NCBI GenBank assembly: GCA_024704765.1
Contig: JAKMXF010000337.1
Span: 62,001-126,000 of the forward strand
Origin: Oopsacas minuta
Taxonomy: Eukaryota > Animalia > Porifera
Direction of reading: 5' to 3'
Length of the DNA: 64,000 bases
The notes beneath the pieces are model-generated. The model worked only from the letters and a program-made list of their open reading frames with translations, made no database searches and was not told where the DNA came from. Positions 38,003-50,518 of the stretch are shown piece after piece. The position numbers and the translations under genes were made by a program. Numbering within the stretch: position 1 is the first letter of the stretch; the number at the start of each line of letters is the position of its first letter.

Positions 38003-39395
38003 TTTAGTTGTTGATATATATAGTATTACTTTGTTAAGAATAGTTACATTATACACTCTTACATCACATAGTTGCTAAATGTTAGCATAAGATATTCTAA
38101 GGGATATTGAAACTAGTAAAATGCGTCCATATTGCCTCGAATAACTGCCCCTAGGACATAGGGTGGCTTGAAATAAATACTTACCCCAGCTAACATTAGA
38201 AGTTATGTAGTGTTGTTAACAGAATACTTGATGTTTATTGTTAACGACATACTATTATTAGCTGTGAATAGTAACAATTGCAACTTCCGTTGGACAATAA
38301 CAGCTATTGCCGGGGGTTTCTATTCCTGTCGTATTGATGTCGTGATCCCTGTGTAAGCGCAGGAAGTATTTCAGATCATACATATTTACAAATAATGTTT
38401 ACACAAACGAGCTGAAGCACTAGTTCAACGAAGAGATTACTATTTGCAGACAGTTAACATGCTAACGGAACGAAACAATAATACACAAAAAGTCCCACTG
38501 CAACAATTCAACTTGTGCTTTTAACTGATATTAGCCCAGACCCAGGAGCAACCATGACATTATCTAATCCAGTTCCTATATCGCTAGCGTATAGACTCAA
38601 AGGTCCCTAAAACAGCAAACGCGTTTGCACCTGGATAACAACATGAATACTAAGTTGGACTGGTCATTTGCAGCAAGAAAATGGGTGAATAAACGTATTA
38701 ATTATGAAGCTTGTGGCATGCCTCCTTTTGTTGCTTCTAGGGTTTCTGAAGCCAGTGCGATAAAATGACAAGCAAGGGAGCCAGTTCTACTTAGGTTAAA
38801 TATATAAATTTGGGATATTTCTAAGTAACATATGAATCCTAGTTAAGATATCTTTGAAATGTACTTGATGATTATTTGGCAACATTAATAGTGCATAACA
38901 CCTATTGTTAGGATAGCTGGATGTGGTCCAAGTGATGTCTTTGGCTAGATAAGGCCAAGAACTATCGTTGTCCTGCTAAGCGATGCGAATTATAGTTTTC
39001 GAGATATACGGTGTGACCAGGTTTTCGCCCCTTTGGGAACCAGGCCACACCAGGTTTAAATTAACCGTTCTTAATACTAATAACTACAAATTACGCAAAC
39101 TAATAAATTCATAAAAGAATCAATCAACTGACGCAAGCGTTGATAACCGCAAGATTGATTATATGTGTATTCCCATGGTAGTTTGTATAGAATTCATCAG
39201 CATTATTTCAGTATAGTAGCTAATACAATTTTCTCCATAGAATTTGGCTTATTTAGGAGATTTTTCGTAACTTCGTCAGTTTCCATCCGATCTTTGAGTT
39301 CGAAAGCTCTATCAGCTTCTCTCAACGAGTTCTTCAACGGTGCATATAGCGATTTCACTACATTATAAAAGTAGGGGTGTCGGATTCTATAGTTC

Positions 39396-42300
39396 TGTTG
39401 CATAGATTAGTGAGGCACGTAGAATATTGAGGCGCTGTATACATAGACCATGGATGAATATCTACTGTAGAATATTGAGGCACGGTAACAGAAGGAGAAA
39501 CTATATACAGAATATGTAGTTATCATTATGCGGTTTTCTTTTATTAATAGTATTTACGTATTTCAATCATGACTTGAAAATATACTTGTTTTTGACAACA
39601 CATACGTGTACAGTGAAACCTCATTAATTAGTATTCCAAGCACGGTCAATACGAATCTCCTGGTTAAGCAAGCAAGTAATTTTCCCAAATTTGGTCTTTC
39701 AATACTTTCCAACTGATTTCACAATGGTTAATACAAACTTCGGATAAGATAAAGGAATTTTGATGGTTTCTGACGTTCACATTAGTGAAGGTTATACTGG
39801 AATGGACAAAATTTAACTTGTTATTACACGGTTAGAATACAATCTTGCAATTTATGATATTACTCTACTAACACACAAAAACACCTGATACTTGCACAAA
39901 ATAATGACTAATTGTATTTTCTTCATTCTTGTATATTTGTTGATTCTTCTGAAGTTTCGCCATAAGTAGGTGTGGAACTCTCAATCATAGAAGTGACCGG
40001 TTCATAATGATTACAATAATTACAAATATAAAGTGCGGTTGTTGGTTTCTTAGAGCCTCTGAGCAAGCTCCAGCGAACTTCCCGAGTTAAGTTGCCTTGA
40101 TTTCTATAGCAGTTGTTTGCAACATACACATCGACGTCAAGAATATTAGACAATGCTATTATTTCCACATCGCTACCCCAAGTTCCTTCTTGAGACACAA
40201 GATGTTCATTCATGAAGTATTTACAAGGATTTGTTAATTTCTGTTTAAAATACCAACCAATTCTAGTTACTCCCTCACTGGCGATAAAGTGTGCAATCGT
40301 AGAGCGAATTTCTAAGTGACTTGTCTGGTCACCAGTTAATATTTTAGAAATACACCGGAAAAGACAGTTCCCATCACCGACTATTCTTTCAGTTTCCCAT
40401 GGTGTATATTTACTGAGTGACAGTCCGGCTAGGTTTTGTGGTTGCTTGATGGTGGATATAAACACCAGTCCCAGAAACTTGCATTTATCACGAAGCCATT
40501 CTTCATTGACCACAGATATGATTGGACTTGAATCAGATAAAGGGATATAGGTAGAGATGTTTTCTGGGAATGTTTGCCACAACATCAAATTTAAGTACTC
40601 CATTGCCTAAACAGATTATCATTATAATTATCACAATATGGATGTATATACTCTATGCTAAATGCAAATTTGGATCAACTTACTAGAAAGAACACTACTT
40701 TGTGTGCGTATTTGGCAGCTTGGGTGTTTGTAAAATGAGGATATAACTCTGTCGTCCAATCGAGTAAAGTGTCAGCAATGTCTCTCTTCTATAATTCAAA
40801 AAAATCATTAATTTGATTCCGCTCTATTGGGAGTAATATACATATTTTCATGATTAAAAGTATTCAAAAAATACAAATAGTATTGGGATCGCTGTATTGG
40901 ATAAGACAATCATTTGTATATTTCTTCACTAAACATGTATCAAACTTCTCTTGTTGCTGAATACTGATGAATTCATATACAGAAAAGAACTACAATGTGT
41001 ATATGTCATTGTTACATCATTTATTATGCGTATTTCACTAACAATAGATTTGAGCAAACACTATGACTTCGTGTAATCATACAAATACCAAGAAATCAAA
41101 CTTACTATTTCGTATTCTTTGCAATCGAGTAGGAATTCAAACAGGAGAGTATTGCAGGTATAGGTGTGGAATACATTGAGATTTTTATGAAGTTCCTCAT
41201 GCAGTGGTGTCATGTAGGTGTGTCGCTCAATATTTTGTTTCAAAACTATCTAAAGTTAGATTAGAAATGGGTAAAATATATACAAACACAAGTCCGGGAG
41301 GCAATACAAGTGGTAGAACAAATGCCTGGCCGCATCTGCCAGGCCAGATTAAACTCTTGATTTTTTTCATATTTCATATTAAACCTATTCGGAATTCTTT
41401 GATTATTTAGTGAGGATCTCTGAATACAAATGTACAAACCTTGAAATCATTGATGTGATGAAGTATTCTTTCTCTAGAAAATCCATAAAGTTTTCGTTGC
41501 AACGTCTAAAGTATATAAGTAATTGTGATAATTTCATGATTTATACAATAAACTCGTATACCTTGGAAGGGATGTGATTAATTTCCATTTGGTTAGCTTG
41601 TCTGAGGGATTTTGGTTTTCGTTCTGTATACAAACGAACGAGGTCAATTGGTATGTTTTTGTTTCTCTTAGCTCCTGAAATATTTTCACAAATAGTAATG
41701 TGACTCTCAGTAACTTTACAGACTGTATGAGGCACAAAAGATTTTGGTTTATTTTTCGTGTTTGGCAGCCGTTTTAATTTGCTCATGTTTGTGTAAATAA
41801 TCCTATCACCTATCTTTAGTGAAGACCTAAATTTAATGGGTTAGATATAGCACTAATATCAAGAAATTATAGGAAAGCTCACCCCTTGGTATTGACTTTT
41901 TTATCATATTGCAGTTTTTGTCTGAGTTGTTCAGAATGGATATCCTCTGCAGCTGATTTGAATCGCGTGTCTCGAGTCTCATAGATACAGCATAATTCTT
42001 CTCCTGGCTCAGAACATGGCGGGGAAAATTCATCTTGATCGTCTATATAGTCATTTTCTGACTGCTGCGATAGAATTTCTCTAAATATAGCGTCTTCATG
42101 TTCAAAGTCTTCTATAGGATCAATAACCAGGTTTGGATATGTAGACAACAGATCCACATGTTTTGACTCCCGTCCCCACACTACATTAAAACGAGTTTGT
42201 CCATGTGACTTCTTCTTTGCAGAATTCATAGTGAGACATGCGAGCTTGAGTAATTGGGACCAGTGATTGCCTGTCTGGACTTCCATCTTTGTTAACTTCC

Positions 42301-43748
42301 TAAGATCAATGAGTAATAGTTATTCAATATCTTTATTACACTGAGTGACTTGCAGATCTAATCTGCAGAATTATAACTTACGTTTTCAAGATTTTATTGT
42401 GTGCCTCTACCAAACCGTTAGCCATAGGATGATAAGCTCTAGTACTACGATTGTCAATGTGTAGTTTGCAATGGAATTCCTGAAACATCTAAAGAAAATA
42501 TATTAATTAGTTAAGCAATTTCAGATATATTAAGTTCTAATATCACTTACACTGCTTGTAAACTCCGGGCCTTTGTCATGTTGAATAATATCCGGTAATC
42601 CCATTGTAGCATAGATATCTTGAAGATTTTGAATAACTTCTTCAGAAGTTTTCCTCTTAAGGGGTCTTACAACTACAAACTTGCTTAAGTAGCAAACTGT
42701 GACAAGAATATGCTTAAATCCTTCGGAACTCACAGGGAGGTCACAAATCAAGTCCATGCCTAAGTGTTTCCATGTTCTAGAAGGAGGTTGAATGGGTTGA
42801 AGTTTCTTGGTTGATTTAGGAATAGTTGCTGTCATTTGGCATATCTTACAAGAAGCCACCTAGTATATTAAATATTCAATGAATATCAAATTATGTACTC
42901 TGAATTTAAGAAAAAGGATTTTAGGGTAGCCTACAAGTTTCTCAAACTCTCAATAATAACAAAATATTCATAATAATAATAATAATATTCCTTCAATTTC
43001 GGAATTATTGAGAATGAACTGTATTCAAGCAAGTTACTTACATAATCAATGATATGTGTATATAAGCCTTTCCATGTATATTGTTGCTGTATTGAATCAA
43101 CAGTGGCATTGATTCCAGGGTGGCCAACTTGATCATGATGTTTTTTGATTATATCATCCCTTTCCGTTTCTAACGGGACTTCCAAATCAATTGTTGAACC
43201 ATTGATGTCCACTTTCTAAATAATTGTTCATATGATATTGCATCAATAACATAAATATTTATATATAGTAGTGTTCGCCTATTTGCAAGCAAATTTTCAG
43301 CAAGGTGCCACTTGCCATTTGGCGAACACAACTGTAGATTATAAATAATATTGAAGTTTTACCTTGTAAAGTGTGTTATCTTCACCGAGAAAATATCGTG
43401 AAACTTTTCTTCTAAAATTCCATCTTTTTGCAGAGGAAACTCCGTCAGGTTCAGGATATGTTCCAACTTTTAAAAACTTTACAATTTCCTCATAAAATAC
43501 TTCCATCTTTATTGTTACTTGAAAATTATTTACAATTTATATGCGAATTCGAGAAAACTATCTTGGTCACAAATGTGTCAAGTCATTATTACGTCAATGC
43601 TACAAATAAACCGCATAATGATAACTACATATTCTGTATATAGTTTCTCCTTCTGTTACCGTGCCTCAATATTCTACAGTAGATATTCATCCATGGTCTA
43701 TGTATACAGTGCCTCAATATTCTACGTGCCTCACTAATCTATGCAACA
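39396..43748 (-). mobile_element. Ginger1 DNA transposon (element B), intron-containing
   Basis: 141-bp TIRs (39396-39536 and 43608-43748, one mismatch seen), TGT...ACA termini, 4-bp TSD GTTC at 39392-39395 and 43749-43752. Confidence 0.95.
39923..43506 (-). CDS. spliced Ginger1 integrase with C-terminal OTU domain
   Basis: ATG 43506. Removing GT-AG introns 43216-43362, 42860-43041, 42489-42550, 42300-42381 and 41827-41882 gives one open frame: HHDQVGH..CKIC, GMDL, QHDKGPEF, ANGLVE. Last exon 39923-40603 has VGDGNCLFR, WGSDVEI, NHYEPV (OTU). Exons between about 41560 and 40610 only partly resolved. Confidence 0.85.
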
Positions 43749-43752
43749 GTTC

Positions 43753-44340
43753 TACGACTAACATATTGTTCAATACATATCATTTCACTAAATACTAAGG
43801 AAAACAAATTTGAAATGAAATACTGAACTATACAAACATTACAAAGTCAATTACAAATTAACATACACGGAATTGTGAAACTACAGTATAGAATCTATTG
43901 TCACTCAATATTTATTAACAGAACATAGCAACTAAGATATTGTTAAATCGACAGAAGTACAATCAATTTCAAATCAAATAAAGTAATGTGCCAGGTGTAT
44001 TATACAAACATTTCAAAGTCAATTTCAAATTTCCATACACAGAATTGTGAAAATATACTATGCAAAGTGTTGTCACCAGATTTTTTAAGTCAGAACAGTA
44101 CTTTTGGAATATTGTTCTATACCCAACATTTCACTTTATTTGTCATCATAATAAATTGCAAGTTAACAACTGAACTATACAAACAATTCACAGTCAATTT
44201 CGAATATCAATATACAGAATTCTGAAAGTACACTGCACATATATTCACTCAATCTCCAATGTCAAAACATAATAATGTTCATATCATTCCATATACCTTA
44301 TTTCACTCAATTTCTGAACGAAACAAATTTGAAGTGAACT
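43753..44340. repeat. degenerate satellite-like array, part 2
   Basis: Same CTGAACTATACAAACATT..AAAGTCAATT core near 43822, 43998 and 44170. Confidence 0.7.
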
Positions 44341-44345
44341 AATAT

Positions 44346-44720
44346 GTTGTATTCAGTGTCTATTCCTAACAGTATGCATAGTGAGATCCATATTTGTAGA
44401 TATGTGTGATTGCCGAGATTATGTATTAACTCTCATAAGTTATATCTTACAATTGGTAGCGGATTACTCATTATTCTGATTTGTAGTATGAGTATATTCC
44501 TACGCTATTAACAATCACTGAAGAATGGCCACAAAAGTATCAGAAGATATTGTGGGAAAAGCTATAACAGATGACGAAGTGATGTATGGCAGATGTCAGA
44601 GTAAGTTATCTATGTGTCTATATCTTCGAGCGCTGAGGTGATGACATAATACTAGTGGTTCATAACCTATTTCAATCATAAACTCCTTTGCCAATTTTTA
44701 TACATTCTGTAGATCCCTGT
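44346..44720 (+). repeat. direct repeat 1 upstream of caspase copy 1
   Basis: Collinear with 46372-46678, with scattered substitutions and an extra block of about 65 bp. Confidence 0.85.
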
Positions 44721-44939
44721 CGTTTTAGAGTTTAGGCACCTAGATTCAAAATTTACTCGATTTCTCAAATTGTAGAATGTGTACCCTCATAAATACTCGT
44801 TTAATGTCAATTGGAACTATTGATTTGACATTATCCCCGCGGAGATATGGACTTTGCAAGTCGTTCAATCGCCTAACTTGAATTTGTAGTACAGCCGACA
44901 CTTGCTAATTGGAACAACTCATTGTATTGTATCCATTTA

Positions 44940-45709
44940 GATAACAACGATCTAAACTACACATAGGGGCAAGGAGAAGGAATGATTATCGTAAATGAGA
45001 AAGTCAAAATCTATGCCATAGGCCGGCCGCAGAAAAGGACCTTGAGTATTTGAAAGAAATTTACGCGAAATATAACATCATATGCGGTGATAACGTATAC
45101 TACGATCTAGAAGGAAGTTCTTTCTACGAAAAATTAGTAAATCTATCTGACAATGTTCCTGAAATCAGCTCTGTAATTTTCGTGTCTATCTCTTCACACG
45201 GTGGTGAAAGTGGCAACGTGTTGGGGTCGGATGGTTACGGTATGACAGTCTCAACTATGGTGGAGCTATTCCAATCTAACGAGAACTTACTTGGCATTCT
45301 AAAAGTATTTACTATGCAAGCGTGTAAGGGGGGTAAAACGGAGATGAAATTTTGTGGAGCAGACAGTGCAGACCCAAGGGAAAAGGGCACGGATCTGGCC
45401 ACGAAGGCAGGTGGTACCCTGATCGCGTACTCCACCTCAGAAGGATTCGTGTCTTGGAGGGATCCTGGAAGCGGATCATGGTTCTTAAAAATACTACATG
45501 ATGGCGTCATGGAGCCGAGATATCGGAATTTGCATTTAGTTGAAATTCTAACAGTTTGTGCAAATTTAATTATCCAAGAATGCGAAGAAAATGAGTCAGG
45601 AACCTCTTTTAAAGAAACACTTTCGTATCTCTCAACTTTGACACGATTCCTGCGTTTACACCAAGGAGAAAAAGGGACAAAAAGGTGCTTGAATAAAAAC
45701 GTGAATTAA
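44940..45709 (+). pseudogene. caspase (peptidase C14A) pseudogene
   Basis: ORF 45050-45709 retains SSHGG (His), MQACKGG (Cys) and AYSTSEGFVSWRDPGSGSWF; the upstream GMIIVNE..(R)PAEKDLEYL segment is separated by a 1-nt frameshift and preceded by a stop. Confidence 0.85.
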
Positions 45710-46371
45710 TAATTGAAGCATGCGAATATGTACATAGAATAATGCAAATTAGGCGGTAAATGCGGGATAAATATAATTTAAGCGGGGAATGATAATTTCG
45801 ACGAAAAGACTTTATTGACCCGCAAAGAGGTGTTAAAATAAGGAATGATTATGATAAATAATTACTTCGTTTACTGTACCATTTACGCATTCCAAATATG
45901 ACAACTTATTGTTATGTTACTATAGTTAATAATATTCTTATATCTCTTAGTGTGAAGTAAAGTCTGAAGTATATCCTATAGTGACTCAATAGTATGTATT
46001 GTTGTCATAGCTAGTACTAACAAATATATTGAGTGTAAATTTAGTAATAACAATAAACAAACTTGTGTATACAATAACTTCAGATAAGGTGTTATGCTTC
46101 TGTGGGGATAATTTTTGACAGGGAGGTTAAATACACAAACTTCAGTGTCAAATTAAACAAGTAAGCCCTCCATAATACGATTCTACCCGAAATTACATTT
46201 GTCCATTTGGGTCACGGAACGCTTACGACGGGTGTTAGCTTCCAAACTGTCCTCTTAGTGCATTTAAAATAATTTCTAACGAATTATTCAGGATTAAGCT
46301 GTAAGAATATTTGTATGTGTAGAGTAATTAGTTACTTTTGGGCGCAGATTGTAAATTATATTTCTGAACAG

Positions 46372-46678
46372 GTTGTATTCAGTGCCAATTAGTAACAGTA
46401 TGCATAGTGAGATTCATATTGGTAGATTACTTATTATTCTGATTTGTAGTAAGAATATATTCCTAGTTTATTAGCACTGAAGAATGGCAACAAAAGTACC
46501 AGGGGATATTGAGGGAAAAGCTATAATAGATGACGAGTGATATATGGTAGATGTCAGAGTAAGTTATCTACGTGTATATATCTTCGAACGCTGATGTGTT
46601 GACATAATACATGTGGTTCATAACCTATTTCAATCATAGACCCCTTTGTCAATTTTTACACATTCTGTAGATCCCTGT
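46372..46678 (+). repeat. direct repeat 2 upstream of caspase copy 2
   Basis: Second copy of 44346-44720. Confidence 0.85.
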
Positions 46679-46879
46679 TGTCGCGCCCGTTGACCACCAA
46701 GGGATACATCTCTAATCTCCATTCCTTTATAGATTGCAAAGAATGTGATAAGGAACTGGACTACTCCTTCAAAGAGAATTTCAGAGGGCAAGAATAATAA
46801 TTGTGAACAAAAATCCACGGAAAGTGTCAGAAAGGGACCTCAAGGAAAAACAAGATGGTCGACACATGAGGATGAATCC

Positions 46880-48500
46880 AGAGTGGGGATGGGTGCAGAC
46901 AAGTACCTAGAGTACTTAAAGGAATATATGACCGCTACGACATTGATTATACTAATTTCACATATATGAACCAAAAGCCTGAAGGAACAGATCTAAAGGA
47001 AACGACTATGGGAGAAATTGTTGAAAATTATGCGGATAATGTAGAACAAAAGTATCCTGTGACATTCGTGGCAATAGCTACATACGGTGGGATGAATGGA
47101 ACCCTACAAGAGATGAACATTGACAAAAAACAACGAATCAAATGCTGGTCAATATCTTTGTGAACAACTCCAATTTACGAGGGGAACTTAATATGTTTTG
47201 AGCCTGACTATGTTGCGAGCTCTTATATGAGTAAACCATTACTTGTTTCGGATAAACATGGGATAAATATACTTCGCTGAAAATCTTGGAACTTTATCTT
47301 TGTATACTTTTCAGGCAGCAGTAGTTTTGTTCTCTATGGATTACTTAGTTACCAAATCCTCAATACAGTTATCAAGGCGTGATATACGTGCGACGATACT
47401 TTTTCAGTTCCAACTTTTGAAAACAATAAAAGAATGTCATGAAAATATCTGTACAGCCTTTCCAAAAAACAAGGCATCTGCGGCAACAGTGAAAGGATAA
47501 TACAGATAATTTAAGTGTGTGAATTTTCATCTTGGAGACCAACCCCGCCCTGGACCACCCCCATAAGCTGTTATAGAGGGAATTGTTGAGGCAATTGAGG
47601 ACATGGTGATAGCAGACCCAAATGTTACATATGAGAGGATTCAGCACGAAATTGGCATTTCATCGGGGCAGTAACACACCGTTTTACACCAATCCCTTCA
47701 GCTACGTAAACTTTGTGCTCGCTGGATCCCACATCAGCTTCATCCTGAGCAGATTCAGAATCGAGTGAAATGGTGCTATGAAATACCTAAAAAATTCAAC
47801 AATGGCAACAGTAGAGATATTTCCAAAATAATAACTGGTGATGAAACATGGATCTACACTATGATCCAGAAACAAAGCAGCAGAGCCGTCAATGATGTGA
47901 AATTGGAGAATGCCCCCCAACAAAGGTTTGCAGAACTCAGTACACCAAGAAACAAATGTATGCAATTTTTTTAATACAACGGGTGTTAAAACTGTTGTAC
48001 ATCTTGTATCTGATAAGATAACTAATTCAACCTGGTATACAGAGAGTTGTTTGCCTCTAGCCATAAAAGCAATAAATTTACAGCGTCCTGGCACAGGATT
48101 AAGGGGAACTTTTTTGCACCACGATAATGCTAGTTCTAATACATCAAAAATGGCAAGACAATAATTTGAAGAATTAAAACTACATCTTTTGCCACACCCT
48201 CCTCATTCTCCAGATCTATCACCCTGCGACTTCTGGTTCTTTTTCAAGAATAAAAAATACTTAAAGGCAGAAATCTTTCATCGAATTCTGACTTGAGAGG
48301 GCCCTCAGAGAAGTGATCGGACACGTCAACGAAAATAAATTTAAAGTAGTTATCCAAGCTTGGTTGAAACGAATGAAAAAATGTATTCAAGCTAAGGGAT
48401 GCTATTTCGAACAACTAGAATAAAAATAAATATTGTTTGATGCTTTTTGATACTTAGGCTCAAAAGTTATGGAGCACCCCTCGTAATGGCCATAGGGGGC
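46880..48500 (+). pseudogene. second, more decayed caspase paralogue, split by mariner D
   Basis: GADKYLEYLKE, VTFVAIATYGG (catalytic His lost) and MLVNIFVNNSNL|MAI parallel copy 1; the last segment is continuous across the mariner TA site. Confidence 0.6.
47178..48483 (+). mobile_element. mariner-family transposon (copy D), decayed
   Basis: TIRs CGAGGGG..TTTTGAGCCT at both ends, TA duplication at 47176-47177 and 48484-48485; ITGDETWIY, LHHDNASS, HPPHSPDLSPCDF. Confidence 0.92.
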
Positions 48501-48539
48501 GAAAGTTTGAGGAAGCATCAAAAATTGATGATGGCCTAG

Positions 48540-48777
48540 ACAGCTGAACTATACTAACATTTCACAGTCAATTTCAATTTTCAATACACAGATTTTTGAA
48601 AGTACAATATTCAATGTATTCACAGGCAATTTCAAATGTCAAGACATATTGGCTGGAATATTGTTCTATACACAGTATTTCAAACAGGTTCCAATAGAAA
48701 CAGAATGGAAGTGTACATCTGAACTATATAACCATTTCACAATCAATTTCAAATTTCAACACACAAAATTCTGAAAG
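48540..48777. repeat. degenerate satellite-like array, part 3
   Basis: CTGAACTATA..CATTTCACA.TCAATTTCAA core at about 48544 and 48719. Confidence 0.6.
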
Positions 48778-48779
48778 TA

Positions 48780-50111
48780 TCAGGACGTTCAATAAGTCTT
48801 GTGGGTCATGATATATGTTAGGAATTAGTCAAGCAATATAACTAACTTTTATATATTATAAGGCCATATAGTTAAACTCCATATACTGAAAGTTTCAGCT
48901 TATTCAATACAAATTATGAATTTTTAAGATAGTTATGTGTGGTCAATTTATACCCAGTGTTGAATTTATGGCTTCAAAGGACGATAATTACAACCTCAAA
49001 TGGTGAACTTACATAGAGCTTCGCACAATACTCAAGAAGCAGCCCGTACAGATCTTCAGCGAGTTACAGGAGATATTATGCATGGATTGCCATTTCAGAT
49101 CTACTGTAGAGCGATGGGCTGCCCGTTTTAGATCTGGTGATGCTGATGTCACAGATTTGCCTCGATCTGGAGGACCGGTATCCGCCACCACTTCAGAGAA
49201 TATCGCACTCATTGAAAGTATGGTCATGGAAGACAAGTGCATTACTGTCAATCAGTTAGGACAAAGCATGGAGATTTCATCGGGAGCAATTCATACAATT
49301 CTGACGACTGAGCTTGGCTACCGATCGATTTGTGGGAAATGGGTCCCGCATAAGCTCAGTGAGAATCAAAGGTTGGCACGACTGAATATTGTCAAGAAAC
49401 TCTTGGAAACTTATGAGAACTGCGATTCTAGACGCCTAACAGAGATTATTACTGGTGACGAGACGTGAGTGTACTATTCAACACCATATAGCAAGTATAA
49501 GAAGCAACCATGGGTGAGGGGCGACGAACAAGCGGCGAAAATTCCTAGGACCGACTTCAGAAAACCTAAGATTATGTATACCATCTTCTTCAGTAGTCAT
49601 GGAATTGTCTTGCAATTACCTTGTGAGAGTGGCAAGGCTGTTACTGCTACTTTCTTTACAGAGCAAGTGCTTCCAAATTTGATAAAAATATAGAAAAGTA
49701 CCGCTCGAAAACCGGAACTCGAGGAATGAAGATTTTAATTGATAACGCCAGTTCCCATACTGCTAAGCTTACCAAAATTTCTTGGATGTAGGAGGGTTAG
49801 AATTACATCCCCATCCACCATACTCACCAAACCTAGCTCCATGTGATTTTTGGCTACTCCCCAAGCTTAAAATCTACCTTCATGGCAAAGGTTTTAGCAC
49901 ATTACAAGCACTCGGAACGGGCCTGTATCAGTACTTCAAATCCATCCCCGAAGAAGAGTACAGAAATGTGTTTTACAAGTGGGTGGGAAGGTTAAAACTT
50001 TGTATATCTGCAGGAGGGGATTACTTTGGATAAATAATATAGTGAATTAGTGTGTATAGTGTTTGTATCATATTCTATGATATCACCCGCAAGACTTAAT
50101 GAACGCCTTAG
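48780..50111 (+). mobile_element. mariner-family transposon (copy C2), near-identical to C1
   Basis: TIRs, TA duplication at 48778-48779 and 50112-50113; translated fragments almost identical to 25824-27157. Confidence 0.93.
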
Positions 50112-50518
50112 TAATTAGGGGTCCCAATCCGGGGATTTCGGGATTGGTATCGCATTCAAACCCGGGATTGATGGAACAATTGTATGATCCTATAAGTATG
50201 TTTAGGAAATAGATATGTCATATACCCGTTTGAAATATATTTAGACAGTAGTAGGATGATTATAAAGAAGATAAAGTAAGAAATTAATAATAACTAATGT
50301 TAATGGTTCAGTTACATTAGTATACTTATCGTGATTATTTTTTCTCGTTGTTTCGAAGAAAAGATAGAGTATCTAAAGATTCATCATTAAGCTTGGTCCT
50401 CAAATTACTACAAAGGTAAGCAGTCGATAAAAACACTCGTTCAGCTTTTACTGATGTTGGTGGAACAATGTACATCCTTTGGTATATGTTTTCTAATAAG
50501 ATGCCTCTCTTCCCTCTG

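Larger units (their letters stand above)
35566..39392. mobile_element. element with roughly 580-bp inverted repeats, family unresolved
   Basis: 35566-36146 is the near-identical reverse complement of 38817-39392; ends CTATAGAATCC / GGATTCTATAG (possible TATA or TA duplication). Confidence 0.8.
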
